Source of the DNA: Thermodesulfobacteriota bacterium
GTDB lineage: Bacteria; Desulfobacterota_D; UBA1144; Nemesobacterales; UBA2774
DNA length: 64,000 bases
Assembly: GCA_965223335.1 (NCBI GenBank)
Contig: OZ244991.1
Coordinates: 1,408,001-1,472,000, forward strand
Reading direction: 5' to 3'
This document shows, one piece after another, positions 19,012-29,386 of this stretch; position 1 is the first letter of the stretch, and every line of letters starts with the position of its first letter. The notes beneath the pieces were generated by a model. That model was not told the DNA's origin and made no database searches. It was given only the letters and a program-made list of their open reading frames with translations. A program made the position numbers and the translations under genes.

Positions 19012-19779
19012 CTACGATCTGTTGCTAAGGATAACCGTGTGTGATTTAATTTGTTTTGCCGCACTGCCTTGGTTAACCGATATCTCTAAAAAGCCAGAAC
19101 TCCCGACAATTGCCAGAATCTCTCCAATGTTTACATCCGAGTAAGATGTGGATATAGATGGGATAACGAGATCCCCGACCATGACTTGCATCCCGGGTTC
19201 TACAAGCTCTTTCGATATATTGCTAACGAGGTTCCCGAAATTATCTTGGTAAATAAACTCACCCGCAACTGTGCCCTCATCTATTTGCGGTGAGGGGATA
19301 TTTAGCAGTTTTGGCGAGTGTAACTGCGTGCCGCATTCACTTGGCTCGATTCCCAAAGAGATGTGTGCGGCAACCGGCGCAAATATATCTCTGCCGTGGA
19401 ATGTGTTGCTTGTCTCCTCGGCAATATATTTGCTGTTCGTGATTTCGAATAACTCCCCAGCACTATGGTTCTTGAATATATAGGTGAACACACCGTTATC
19501 AGGGCCTATGAATACTCCAATATGGGTCTTAAAGATAATTGGTTTTCTCTGGCTCCCGACACCCGGATCGACCACGACCACGTGAATGGACCCCCCGGGG
19601 AACTTATCGTGGGTAGCATTAATGGTAAACGCTGCATGTTTGATATCGTGGCGCGCAATGTTATGAGTAATATCTACGATGGTTGCATTTGGGTTAATGC
19701 TGAGTATTACTCCTTTCATCGAGCCCACGTAGTGGTCATCGAGCCCGAAATCAGTTGTAAGAGTGATTATCCGTTCCAT
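19012..19779 (-). CDS. SAM hydroxide adenosyltransferase / DUF62 (chlorinase-fluorinase family)
   Basis: TLTTDFG, VVVVDPGVG, GPDNG, TFHGRDIFAP, DNFGN. Confidence 0.92.
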   Translation of the reverse strand: MERIITLTTDFGLDDHYVGSMKGVILSINPNATIVDITHNIARHDIKHAAFTINATHDKFPGGSIHVVVVDPGVGSQRKPIIFKTHIGVFIGPDNGVFTYIFKNHSAGELFEITNSKYIAEETSNTFHGRDIFAPVAAHISLGIEPSECGTQLHSPKLLNIPSPQIDEGTVAGEFIYQDNFGNLVSNISKELVEPGMQVMVGDLVIPSISTSYSDVNIGEILAIVGSSGFLEISVNQGSAAKQIKSHTVILSNRS

Positions 19780-19854
19780 CTATATTTGCTCTCGGCAGAT
19801 GCGGGTGATACAGTGCATATAGAACAAAATACACCATAAGGATTTAATAGAAAA

Positions 19855-20604
19855 ATGAAACTAAGCGTTTTGGGCTCGGGCACATGTATTCCAAATAAAC
19901 ACAGAGGTTCGTCGGGGTATGCGGTAGAGCTCGGTGATGCCATCGTGCTATTGGATTGCGGTAACGGTACCACTTGGAAGCTGGGACATGTAGGTATTGA
20001 TTACCTAGGTGTAGATCATATATTTATTACACACTTTCACCCCGACCACACTGCCGATCTTATCCCATTCTTATTTGCAAGAAAATATCCGACTGCACCA
20101 AACAACGCTAAACCCCTCAGTGTCTGGGGCCCTATGGGGTTTAGGGATTTTTTTGCGGCACTGCAGTCAGCTTACGGGGACTGGATTCTACCCGACGATA
20201 CTAATATAAGAGAGATCGATACAACCAGTGTCGAATTGACGTCGTTTAAGATCCGGACGTCCAAATCCCTACATACCCATAACAGCTTCTCATATAGGAT
20301 CGATTCCGGGGGCAAATCACTCGTGTACTCGGGCGATACCGACTACACTCGAGATTTAGTGGAGTTGTCTGCGGGGGCGGATCTATTGATACTCGAGTGT
20401 TCGTTCCCTGACGATATGAAACGAGAGGGGCATTTAACACCATCCGATGTGGTCAGAGTGGTTAGGGAATCCGGTGTAAATAGGGTGGTAGTGACGCATA
20501 TGTACCCTATGTTAAATGAGGCAGAGCTCCTAAATCTATTACAAAAAGAGTTGCCCGAGACCGATGTGATTATTGCTCAGGACCTGCTTCAGATAGAGAT
20601 CTGA
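19855..20604 (+). CDS. MBL-fold metallohydrolase (RNase Z-like)
   Basis: LDCGNG, THFHPDH, YSGDT, THMYP. Confidence 0.88.
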   Translation: MKLSVLGSGTCIPNKHRGSSGYAVELGDAIVLLDCGNGTTWKLGHVGIDYLGVDHIFITHFHPDHTADLIPFLFARKYPTAPNNAKPLSVWGPMGFRDFFAALQSAYGDWILPDDTNIREIDTTSVELTSFKIRTSKSLHTHNSFSYRIDSGGKSLVYSGDTDYTRDLVELSAGADLLILECSFPDDMKREGHLTPSDVVRVVRESGVNRVVVTHMYPMLNEAELLNLLQKELPETDVIIAQDLLQIEI

Positions 20605-20629
20605 ACGTGTATTTTGCCTATTCGGTTTA

Positions 20630-21754
20630 CTAGGTATCATCCGCGCTATTGATTAAGTCCATTGCCGCATCAACTACCTCATCTACCTTGATTTTCTTTA
20701 GGCACTCTACGTCGTAGGGGCAACTCGGAGTGTATCCGAATTTGGTGCAGGGACTGCAGTGGAGTTTTTTATTTATAGTGATATTTTTTTTGCCCCTGGG
20801 GGCCCATTTGGTCTCGATCCCGGCTCCGTAGAGTGATACTGTGGGTGTGCCCACGCCATAAGATATGTGCAGCAATCCCGTATCGCCTGAGATAAAGAGA
20901 TCTAGCATGGAGAGTGCGGCTGTAGTTTCCGTGAGGGAAGTTTGGCCGGCAAGGTTAATCATATTGCCGCTCTTGCATGTTTTTGCTATGAACTCTGCGT
21001 CCTTTGTGTCCCCCGGGCCGCCAACTATGACTACACCGATATCACGGGACAAGAGATCATCTGCGAGTGCTGCAAATTTTTCTTTTCCCCACCTTCTTTC
21101 TCTTACTGTCGCGCCCGAGAATATTCCGGCAACATGAGATGTCGATGTTCTAAGCTCGTTTAACCTATCTGAGATCGGTGCGGCGGATTTGGAGTCAATA
21201 TCAATGAAAGGCTCATCGAGATTACTCTCGTAGTTTTGCTCGGTAAGTACATTTACTAGATTTAGAAACGAAAAAGCTTCGTAATCGTTCTGGCTATACT
21301 CGATGGGGTGGGTAAACATTTTTTTTCTATCATTTGTAGCAAAACCGATTCTAATCGGTGCCCTATTTAAATAGCCTACTGTAGCCGAAAGCTTGTGCCA
21401 TTGCTCCGTATCTATGACTACATCGTACGGTGTTCTAATAGTGCTGATTAATTCCAGCGGGGCTCTCGAATCGTATTCGAACACATGATCTATATAGCTG
21501 CATTCCTTTAACAGGCCCGAGTTGCGTTTTTCCGCGAGCACGTCGATACGTATGTTCTCAAAGCTTTTTCTTAGGTGGCGTAACGCTGGGATTAAAAGTG
21601 CCGCATCACCTATACCGCCCGGTCTTATAACGAGTATGGAATCGGGTGTAGTGCCGGTTTGTTTGCGCGGACGCAGTAATCGGCGAACCGCACTACAGAC
21701 GGCACTGCCGATTAAACTATCGAGTTTTTTGGTGCCTTCAATCTTCCAGTTCAT
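20630..21754 (-). CDS. Glycosyltransferase family 9 (heptosyltransferase-like)
   Basis: GIGDA, NLAGQTSL, SGDTGLLH, CSPC. Confidence 0.9.
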   Translation of the reverse strand: MNWKIEGTKKLDSLIGSAVCSAVRRLLRPRKQTGTTPDSILVIRPGGIGDAALLIPALRHLRKSFENIRIDVLAEKRNSGLLKECSYIDHVFEYDSRAPLELISTIRTPYDVVIDTEQWHKLSATVGYLNRAPIRIGFATNDRKKMFTHPIEYSQNDYEAFSFLNLVNVLTEQNYESNLDEPFIDIDSKSAAPISDRLNELRTSTSHVAGIFSGATVRERRWGKEKFAALADDLLSRDIGVVIVGGPGDTKDAEFIAKTCKSGNMINLAGQTSLTETTAALSMLDLFISGDTGLLHISYGVGTPTVSLYGAGIETKWAPRGKKNITINKKLHCSPCTKFGYTPSCPYDVECLKKIKVDEVVDAAMDLINSADDT

Positions 21755-21888
21755 CTGAGCAGGTTAGAGTCCCGCAAGCAAATGTGTTTTTTATCACTCT
21801 AATTGTATATAAAGAGAAGGTGATTACATAGTGGTTGGAAGTGTAACAACTAATAACATATACATTCTTGGGTGCGTGTATGCCTGCT

Positions 21889-22968
21889 CTATGCAACTGT
21901 GATATCTTTGCAAAGGTATACGTCCTGCACAGTGTTAAGGATCTTTACACCCTCTTTCATGGGTTTTTGAAATGATTTTCTGCCGGTTATAAGCCCCATG
22001 CCCCCGGCCCTTTTGTTGATTACTGCTGTGCGTACAGCATCGGCCAAGTCGTTTTTACCCGTGGATGCCCCACCCGAATTTATGAGCCCGGCTCTACCCA
22101 TGTAGCAGTTCACAACCTGGTAGCGTGTTAGGTCGATCGGGTGATCAGTCGTGAGTTTTGAATATACCTTGGGGTCGGTTTTTCCGAAGTTAAGTGCCGT
22201 GAATCCACCGTTATTCTCGGCCTGCTTCTGTTTTACAATATCGGCCTCGATTGTAGCGCTTATGTGGTTAGCCTGCCCTGTGAGGTCCGCCGAAACATGA
22301 TAGTCTTTGTCTTTGGTCTTAAACGCCGGGTTTCTCAAGTAGGCCCAAAGGATTGTTACAAGCCCCAGAGAGTGGGCGTAGTGGAAGGCGTCTGAGATCT
22401 CCTGGATCTGACGCGAGCTTTCCTCAGAGCCGAAATAGATCGTGGCCCCTACAGACACTGCCCCCATTTGAAACGCCTGGTCGACGTTGGCAAATAGGAT
22501 TTGATCATACGTGTTGGGATAAGTGAGTAGTTCGTTATGGTTAATCTTAACGATAAATGGGATTTTATGTGCATATATTCGGGCAACTGAGCCTAACACA
22601 CCGAGTGTCGAGGCCACAGCGTTACACCCGCCCTCAATAGCCAGTTTGACTATGTTTTCCGGGTCAAAATAGATTGGGTTTGGGGCAAACGATGCCCCTG
22701 CCGAGTGTTCAATGCCCTGGTCTACAGGGAGAATAGACAGGTACCCTGTGCCTGCGAGACGGCCTGTGTTATAGAGCAGTTGCATGTTTCTGAGCACCGA
22801 GTTGGGTCTGTCAGTGGGGGTCATGATGTCGTCTATAAATGTAGGGCTCGGGAGGTGAAGCTCCTTTTTGGGGACGGTTTTACATCTGTGATTTAAGAGG
22901 TAATCGGATTCTTTGCCTAGCAGGTTTTCAATTGCCCGGATACTACTCCCCAGCTTTTGCTTCGCCAT
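21889..22968 (-). CDS. fbaB: Class I fructose-bisphosphate aldolase
   Basis: [28 protein letters not shown]; start set at MAKQK. Confidence 0.95.
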   Translation of the reverse strand: MAKQKLGSSIRAIENLLGKESDYLLNHRCKTVPKKELHLPSPTFIDDIMTPTDRPNSVLRNMQLLYNTGRLAGTGYLSILPVDQGIEHSAGASFAPNPIYFDPENIVKLAIEGGCNAVASTLGVLGSVARIYAHKIPFIVKINHNELLTYPNTYDQILFANVDQAFQMGAVSVGATIYFGSEESSRQIQEISDAFHYAHSLGLVTILWAYLRNPAFKTKDKDYHVSADLTGQANHISATIEADIVKQKQAENNGGFTALNFGKTDPKVYSKLTTDHPIDLTRYQVVNCYMGRAGLINSGGASTGKNDLADAVRTAVINKRAGGMGLITGRKSFQKPMKEGVKILNTVQDVYLCKDITVA

Positions 22969-23084
22969 GTTGCTATTCACCTCTACATTTGAATTTGATT
23001 ATTTGATTAAAGACTAACATGAATTTATATAGATAGGTAGAATGGGGTTTATACCACCCGATGTCGGTACAAATGTACTCTTGA

Positions 23085-24305
23085 TCAACTTGCTGCGACA
23101 GATATTTTTTCGTTTCTATCGTTTAGTATCGAGATACCCGGGAGTTGGGTGCCGCCTAGGAATTCGAGCAGCGCTCCCCCGCCTGTGGATATATGCGTGA
23201 TCTCTGAATCCAACACCTCGGCCTTTCTAATGGATGCGATAGTCTCTCCGCCGCCAACCACTGTGGTAGCACCACGCCATGTTGCGAGTGCAACGGCACG
23301 TGCGACCTGAGTAGTGCCTGCGGCAAAGTCATCCACCTCAAACACCCCCATAGGGCCGCTCCAGAAAATTGAGCCGTTACCCTTGATTTGGTGGTTGTAC
23401 TTAGCACTTGTGTTGGGGCCGATGTCAAAACCCTGTAGTTCGTCTGGGATCTCACCGTGGACGACCATGCAGTTCTTGCGTTTTTCAAAACCCCCGGCCA
23501 CTACATGGTCGATAGGCAAAAAGATCTTTTCTTTATAGGTCTTAAGAGACTCTCTTGCCCAGTCGATCATGTCGTTCTCGACTATGGAATTGCCTATGTT
23601 GATGCCCTGTGCTTTTAGGAACGTGTAAGCGACACCTCCGCCTAAGAGCACCTTGTCTGCTTTATCTATAAGGCTTTTTAGTGCGTGGATCTTGTCTTTT
23701 ATCTTGCCCCCGCCCACGATTACTATGAAGGGGCGGTCGGGGTTCTCGCGGATGCGGGTTAGGAACTGGAGTTCGCGGCTAACCAAAAACCCTGCTAGTC
23801 GGGTATTGAAGTACGAAGCCATCCCAAATGTAGATGCGTGCTTGCGGTGGGAGGTGCCGAATGCGTCGTTTACATATATATCGGCCAACGACGCTAGGGT
23901 TTTGGCAAACTCGGGGTCATTCTCTGTCTCTTCCTTGTGGAACCTGAGGTTCTCCAAAAGCATGACTTCCCCGTCTTTCATCTTATTTACCGCGTCTTCC
24001 ACCTCTTTGCCGACTACCTTGCCAATGAACTTAACATCACGGCTCAGGTGCTCGGATAGGCGCTTGGCTATGGGTTCGAGCGATAGGTCGGGCATGAATA
24101 TGCCCTTGGGCCGTCCCAGGTGCGAGGCCATGATTACCTTGGCGTTTCGTTCCAATAAATAGTCGATGGTTGGGATTGCTCTGCGGATTCGATAGTCTTC
24201 ACTGATCTTGCCGTCTCGAATGGGGACGTTAAAATCGAACCTGACAAATACACGTTTTCCCTCTATGGCAGAGTCAGGGAGGTCTGCAATTACCAGTTTG
24301 CTCAT
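23085..24305 (-). CDS. pgk: Phosphoglycerate kinase
   Basis: DFNVP, SHLGRP, LLENLRF, NDAFGTSHR, HISTGGGA. Confidence 0.97.
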   Translation of the reverse strand: MSKLVIADLPDSAIEGKRVFVRFDFNVPIRDGKISEDYRIRRAIPTIDYLLERNAKVIMASHLGRPKGIFMPDLSLEPIAKRLSEHLSRDVKFIGKVVGKEVEDAVNKMKDGEVMLLENLRFHKEETENDPEFAKTLASLADIYVNDAFGTSHRKHASTFGMASYFNTRLAGFLVSRELQFLTRIRENPDRPFIVIVGGGKIKDKIHALKSLIDKADKVLLGGGVAYTFLKAQGINIGNSIVENDMIDWARESLKTYKEKIFLPIDHVVAGGFEKRKNCMVVHGEIPDELQGFDIGPNTSAKYNHQIKGNGSIFWSGPMGVFEVDDFAAGTTQVARAVALATWRGATTVVGGGETIASIRKAEVLDSEITHISTGGGALLEFLGGTQLPGISILNDRNEKISVAAS

Positions 24306-25312
24306 GAGTTCTTGGCTCCGATTATTTGTATGAGATCCACTACTCTAGAGGAGTATCCATACTCATTATCGTACCAAGCAATGACCTTTACCAGATCACC
24401 GTCCACAACGGATGTGAATGCCGAGTCGAATATGGCCGAGTGCTCATCCCCTATAAAATCGGAGGATACCAACTCTTCATCTACATAGCGTAAGTAGCCT
24501 TTAAGTTCTTTATCGGCGGCATTCTTAAATGCGGAATTAACCTCTTCAATACTAGTCTCTTTTCCCACCTCACAGGTGAAATCAACAACTGAGACATCAG
24601 CGGTGGGCACCCTCATTGCTACGGCACTTATTTTGCCTTTTAGTTCGGGGAAGATTAACTGTATTGCACTGGCAGCACCGGTGCTTGTGGGGATGATAGA
24701 CAGTGCCGCGGCCCGTGCACGCCTAAGGTCTTTGTGCGGGGCGTCCAGAATCCGCTGGTCATTTGTGTAGGAATGCACAGTGGTCATATCGCCTCTTTTA
24801 ATAGAGAAGTTCTCGTGCAGCACCTTTACAATCATTGCAAAACAGTTCGTAGTGCACGAGGCGTTGGATATTACATTGTGTTTTTCGTGGTCGTAGCTGC
24901 TGTCGTTAACACCCAATACAGTAGTGAGGTCGACCTCACCCTTTGCGGGTGCTGTTATTAATACTTTTTTTACAGTTTCTCCCATGTGGGCCGAGGCTGC
25001 CTCTTGGGTCCTAAAAACCCCGCTTGCATCAGCTACAAGCTCGGCACCTACGTCCTGCCATGGGATGTCTGAAGGGTTTCGCTCGGAAAATATTCTGATA
25101 GCCTTTCCATCCACTATCATGTGACCGTTCTCGCATTTGACCTCACCAGGATACGGCCTAAAAATCGAGTCGTATTTAAAAAGGTGAGCAAGTGTATGTG
25201 AATCGGAAATATCATTAATTCCAACGAATTCTATGTCATTTCTGTCAAGTCCTATGCGCAGAATATGCCTTCCGATTCTTCCGAATCCGTTGATACCTAC
25301 TTTTATTGACAT
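24302..25312 (-). CDS. gap: Glyceraldehyde-3-phosphate dehydrogenase (type I)
   Basis: GINGFGRIG, SNASCTTNC, WYDNE. Confidence 0.98.
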   Translation of the reverse strand: MSIKVGINGFGRIGRHILRIGLDRNDIEFVGINDISDSHTLAHLFKYDSIFRPYPGEVKCENGHMIVDGKAIRIFSERNPSDIPWQDVGAELVADASGVFRTQEAASAHMGETVKKVLITAPAKGEVDLTTVLGVNDSSYDHEKHNVISNASCTTNCFAMIVKVLHENFSIKRGDMTTVHSYTNDQRILDAPHKDLRRARAAALSIIPTSTGAASAIQLIFPELKGKISAVAMRVPTADVSVVDFTCEVGKETSIEEVNSAFKNAADKELKGYLRYVDEELVSSDFIGDEHSAIFDSAFTSVVDGDLVKVIAWYDNEYGYSSRVVDLIQIIGAKNS

Positions 25313-25499
25313 GGGGGAATTCCTCCGAAAGACCTAAAATATGATTGTTTTGCCCGAGCCCCAAAACACTAAAAAACTACCTTTTACACATGAGCGAGTC
25401 AAGATTTGTTCCCTTCAAGCGGTTTATTCGATATATTATTTAGTTTTCAGATATTATATCGGGCTAGAGCATAAAATACCGAGAATAAAGAGTGTTTAT

Positions 25500-26540
25500 A
25501 TGGATACGAAAAAGATTGCGGTGCTGGGTGCAAGCGGTTATACGGGTGCAGAGCTACTAAGGGGGCTCCTCGAGCATCCCAATGTCGAGGTAACCCATGT
25601 TACAGCCGACAGGCATGCCGGTCGAGCTGTATCCGATGTGTTCCCCCATCTAAAAGGACTCATTGATCTAGAGTTGGTCAAACTCTCGGCCTCAACCGTC
25701 CCCGACAACATAGACATTGTTTTTGCGGCTTTGCCGCATGGGGCTTCCGGGGAGGTGATCGCTGAGCTTTACAAAAGAGAGCTGAAAATAATCGACCTGG
25801 GTGCCGATTTTAGACTTAGCCTGGATAACTACAAAATATGGTACGGTGAGCATCCCTGCCCCGAGCTCATAGATGAAGCGGTGTATGGTATAACTGAGCT
25901 TTCGAGGGACGAGATTGCGGATGCAAAGCTGGTTGCAAACCCTGGCTGTTACCCCACCTCTGCCATTCTAGGTTTAGCACCATTACTTAGCGACGGGCTC
26001 ATAGAGGAGGATTCGATAATTATAGATTCCAAGTCGGGAGTGTCCGGAGCGGGGAGGTCGCCTTCGCTTGATTATCACTTCTCTGAGGTAAACGAGGGGC
26101 TAAGGGCTTATAAGATCGGTGAGCATCGCCACACACCCGAGATTGAAGAGGCGCTATCCAACCATTCGGGGCTCGATGTGGGCATCACTTTTACCCCGCA
26201 CCTAATACCTATGGACAGGGGTATACTCTCTACCATCTATGCCAGAATGAAAGACACCCGGTCCACGGGCGAAATGCTGAGCCTCTACAAATCATTTTAT
26301 AGTGGCGAGGCATTCGTCAGGGTTTCGGATGAGGGTGCCTATCCCTCTACCTCGCAGGTAAAAGGCTCTAACTTCACAGACATTGGTGTAAAGGTAAACA
26401 CCGAGGCGGGCATAGCTGTGATTGTATCGGTGCTTGATAACCTGGTAAAGGGAGCTTCCGGACAGGCAATCCAAAACATGAACATCATGATGGGATGGGA
26501 AGAAACCACAGGCATCTCAAACGCCCCGATGTTCCCTTAG
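25500..26540 (+). CDS. argC: N-acetyl-gamma-glutamyl-phosphate reductase
   Basis: GASGYTG, NPGCYPT, KSGVSGAGR, HRHTPEI, DNLVKGASGQA; start moved to MDTKK. Confidence 0.95.
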   Translation: MDTKKIAVLGASGYTGAELLRGLLEHPNVEVTHVTADRHAGRAVSDVFPHLKGLIDLELVKLSASTVPDNIDIVFAALPHGASGEVIAELYKRELKIIDLGADFRLSLDNYKIWYGEHPCPELIDEAVYGITELSRDEIADAKLVANPGCYPTSAILGLAPLLSDGLIEEDSIIIDSKSGVSGAGRSPSLDYHFSEVNEGLRAYKIGEHRHTPEIEEALSNHSGLDVGITFTPHLIPMDRGILSTIYARMKDTRSTGEMLSLYKSFYSGEAFVRVSDEGAYPSTSQVKGSNFTDIGVKVNTEAGIAVIVSVLDNLVKGASGQAIQNMNIMMGWEETTGISNAPMFP

Positions 26541-26563
26541 ACCCATATCCTACGCTTGTGTAT

Positions 26564-27721
26564 TTAAACGTTTCTTATTCTATTGACCACGGTACTAAGC
26601 GATTGCAACAGAGCTTTGGTGTCTTCATTTGTTGTGTACTTGCCAAGACTTATCCTTATGGAAGAGGAGGCTTCCTTGCTGCTTAACCCCATGGCGCGTA
26701 AAACATGGGAGGGTTCTATGTTGCCTTCCGAGCATGCCGACCCGGTGGATATTGCTATGCCATCCAAATCAAGGTTCATCACAATGGAATCTCCCGAAAC
26801 CCCTTCGATCCCGATGTTTAATGTGTTGGGCAAAGAGTTATCGGGGTCACCGTTTACGGATACCCCCTCTATGTTCTCCCGTATCGATTGCAAAAGCTCG
26901 TCTCTAAGCAATTTAATTCTGGCGCTGTCCTCAGGGGACTCGGACCCTGCAATCTCGCATGCTTTACCGAATCCGACTATGGCCCCGACGTTTTCGGTCC
27001 CCGACCGCATCCCCCTTTCCTGCCCACCGCCGTAAAGTGTAGGGGCAAACGAGCGGTTTTTTAGGGGGCCTCCCCGAATGTAGAGTGCGCCTGTGCCTTT
27101 GGGGCCGTAAAACTTGTGTGATGATATAGAGAGCGTATCGACACCTAGGTCGTTAATATTGATTGCAATTTTTCCGGAAGCCTGTACCGAGTCCGAGTGA
27201 AAAGTGATTCCATGGTTATTAGCTATTCCTGCAATCTCTTTTAGAGGTGTGATTGTTCCTGTCTCATTATTGGCATACATAGTGCTTATAAGTACTGTGC
27301 TCTCTCTTATGTTCTCTTTAAGCTCTTCGATATTGGGTGTCCCACCGGAGTCGACACCCAGATACGTAACCTCATACCCCGTTTTTTCGAGCTGCATAAC
27401 GGGCATTAGTACGGATTCGTGCTCGGTCTTGGTTGTGATTATGTGTTTTGGGGATTTTGGATCGCGCTCGTTTGTAGTCCCGAATATAGCCAGATTATTG
27501 GCCTCTGTGCCCCCGGATGTAAACACGATCTCGTTTGGGGAGGCACCGAGAAATTCTGCTACCTGCTCGCGGGCCTTATCCAGCGCCGCCTTGGCATTGC
27601 TGCCGTAGGAGTGCACGCTTGAGGGATTGCCGAACTCTTTGGAAAAGTAGGGCAGCATCGCGTTTAACACCCTCTCGTCAACCGGCGTGGTGGAGTTATA
27701 GTCCAGGTAGATTCTATTCAT
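26564..27721 (-). CDS. iscS: Cysteine desulfurase (IscS/NifS class)
   Basis: YLDYNSTT, SSHKFYGPKG, RSGTEN, STGSACS. Confidence 0.9.
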   Translation of the reverse strand: MNRIYLDYNSTTPVDERVLNAMLPYFSKEFGNPSSVHSYGSNAKAALDKAREQVAEFLGASPNEIVFTSGGTEANNLAIFGTTNERDPKSPKHIITTKTEHESVLMPVMQLEKTGYEVTYLGVDSGGTPNIEELKENIRESTVLISTMYANNETGTITPLKEIAGIANNHGITFHSDSVQASGKIAININDLGVDTLSISSHKFYGPKGTGALYIRGGPLKNRSFAPTLYGGGQERGMRSGTENVGAIVGFGKACEIAGSESPEDSARIKLLRDELLQSIRENIEGVSVNGDPDNSLPNTLNIGIEGVSGDSIVMNLDLDGIAISTGSACSEGNIEPSHVLRAMGLSSKEASSSIRISLGKYTTNEDTKALLQSLSTVVNRIRNV

Positions 27722-27752
27722 TATGACTTTAGGTGACAATGCCCTGTGTTTA

Positions 27753-28433
27753 TTAAATATCCGGTCTATCGGTAACTATCCCGTCTGCGCCCAGTTCTTT
27801 TAACCTGTAAGCCTTTGTGGGGCTGTTTACCTTCCATGTTAATAAATATAGATCGTTCTCGTGAGCCTTTGTGACTAGTGAGGAAGTTATGAACCAGTGG
27901 AGCGGTGCTACGGCGTCTACTCCGTATTCGAGTGCCTGCACCACAGCATTATAGGAGGTAAGGCATATGAGCCCGGTTCTAAGCCCCGGTTCATACTCTT
28001 TTATGAGTTTAAGTCTCCGTGGTTTGAACGATACAATAAAACAGTCCTCAGTGACCTTATGGTCTCTAATAGTTTTTACAATGTCTTCTTCAATCCCGTC
28101 CTCTTTTAACTCTATGACGTACATGCTCTTATTTTTTATACACTCGATGGCCTCGTTGAATGACGGTATTTTTTCTCCTAGCCCCGCATCTAAGGTTTTT
28201 AACTCTTCTAATGTCTTAGATGCTACGAGACCTTTACCGCTGGTGGTTCTGTCAACGGTCTTGTCGTGGATTACAACAAGTTCTTGGTCCATGGAGCGTC
28301 TTACATCGAACTCTATCATATCGGTTTTCATCTCAATCGCCCTTTCGAACGACCGAATTGTGTTCTCGGGTTCGTAAGCGCTTGCTCCTCGGTGGGCTAT
28401 TTTTACAAACAAATCAGCTCGGTCTCTATCCAT
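27753..28433 (-). CDS. Glycerophosphodiester phosphodiesterase
   Basis: AHRG, PENT, IEFDV, IHD, IELK, VTDRP. Confidence 0.92.
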   Translation of the reverse strand: MDRDRADLFVKIAHRGASAYEPENTIRSFERAIEMKTDMIEFDVRRSMDQELVVIHDKTVDRTTSGKGLVASKTLEELKTLDAGLGEKIPSFNEAIECIKNKSMYVIELKEDGIEEDIVKTIRDHKVTEDCFIVSFKPRRLKLIKEYEPGLRTGLICLTSYNAVVQALEYGVDAVAPLHWFITSSLVTKAHENDLYLLTWKVNSPTKAYRLKELGADGIVTDRPDI

Positions 28434-28501
28434 ATTTAAAAATATACATGATATATGCATTCCTTTGATATAATTGATAAAAATAGTAGAATGGTAGCCT
28501 T

Positions 28502-29386
28502 ATGAGGCGATTGGTTAAGGACCTTGTTCAAGTACTACGACCCGAGCAATGGCTTAAAAATCTGCTGGTCATAGCACCCCCGTTTTTCGGTGGGGTCGTG
28601 TTTTCGAGCGCAGAGATGGTTGTTACTATGCTGCTTGCTTTCGTTGCGTTCTCTCTTGCGTCCTCGACCGGTTACACGATAAACGACATTTCGGACATCG
28701 AATCGGATTCAGTGCACCCGAAAAAGCGGCTTCGCCCCATAGCAGCGGGCAGGGTTAGTGTGGGGACCGCTTACACACTCGCAGTGATAACGTTGCTCTT
28801 GTCGCTCGGCGTCTCTTATTACATAGGACTGCCGTTTCTAATAATCATAGTTGTTTACTTGCTGCTCAGTTTTTCTTATTCCTATTACTTCGAACGCATA
28901 GTGATACTCGATGTGTTTATTATCGCTCTTGGGTTTGTGCTTAGGATCGAGGCGGGGGGAGTGGCGTCGGGTGTAGGGGTGTCGAGCTGGCTCTTGCTGA
29001 CTACGTTTTTGCTCTCACTGTTGCTTGCGTTTGGCAAACGACGCTACGAGATGGTGCTCTATAGAAGCGGCGAGGGTGGGTTTAGAGAGGTGCTCGGTGC
29101 TTATAGAGAGAATTTCTTGGACACAGCTATAAGCATATTTGCTACAACTGCTATTGTTACATACTCGATCTATGCGGTGGACATTGCGTCCAGGGCCTTT
29201 TTACTCACCGTGCCCTTTGTGTGCTTTGGGGTGCTAAGGTACATGTACCTGGTACAGACCGATACCAGCGGTGATCCCACAGAGTCTCTGCTTAGGGATC
29301 GCTGGCTTTTTCTCTGTGTATTTGTGTGGCTGCTACTCACCGGGTTTATCATCTATTACGAGAATGTTCTGGGCCTCTTTAAGTAA
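28502..29386 (+). CDS. UbiA-family decaprenyl-phosphate phosphoribosyltransferase
   Basis: RPEQWLKN, NDISDIESD.HP.KR.RPIAAG, FGKRR.E, GDPTE; multiple TM segments. Confidence 0.88.
   Translation: MRRLVKDLVQVLRPEQWLKNLLVIAPPFFGGVVFSSAEMVVTMLLAFVAFSLASSTGYTINDISDIESDSVHPKKRLRPIAAGRVSVGTAYTLAVITLLLSLGVSYYIGLPFLIIIVVYLLLSFSYSYYFERIVILDVFIIALGFVLRIEAGGVASGVGVSSWLLLTTFLLSLLLAFGKRRYEMVLYRSGEGGFREVLGAYRENFLDTAISIFATTAIVTYSIYAVDIASRAFLLTVPFVCFGVLRYMYLVQTDTSGDPTESLLRDRWLFLCVFVWLLLTGFIIYYENVLGLFK

Noticed and set aside
19012..19779. Possible halogenase (chlorinase/fluorinase)
   Set aside because: Motifs fit the widespread DUF62 SAM hydrolase, and there is no halometabolite gene context.
25341..25499. 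N-terminal extension of ArgC in the ORF track
   Set aside because: Homology begins at MDTKK, and the extension covers the divergent promoter region. Starts were likewise trimmed for glnB, the His-rich barrel, the MCP and others.
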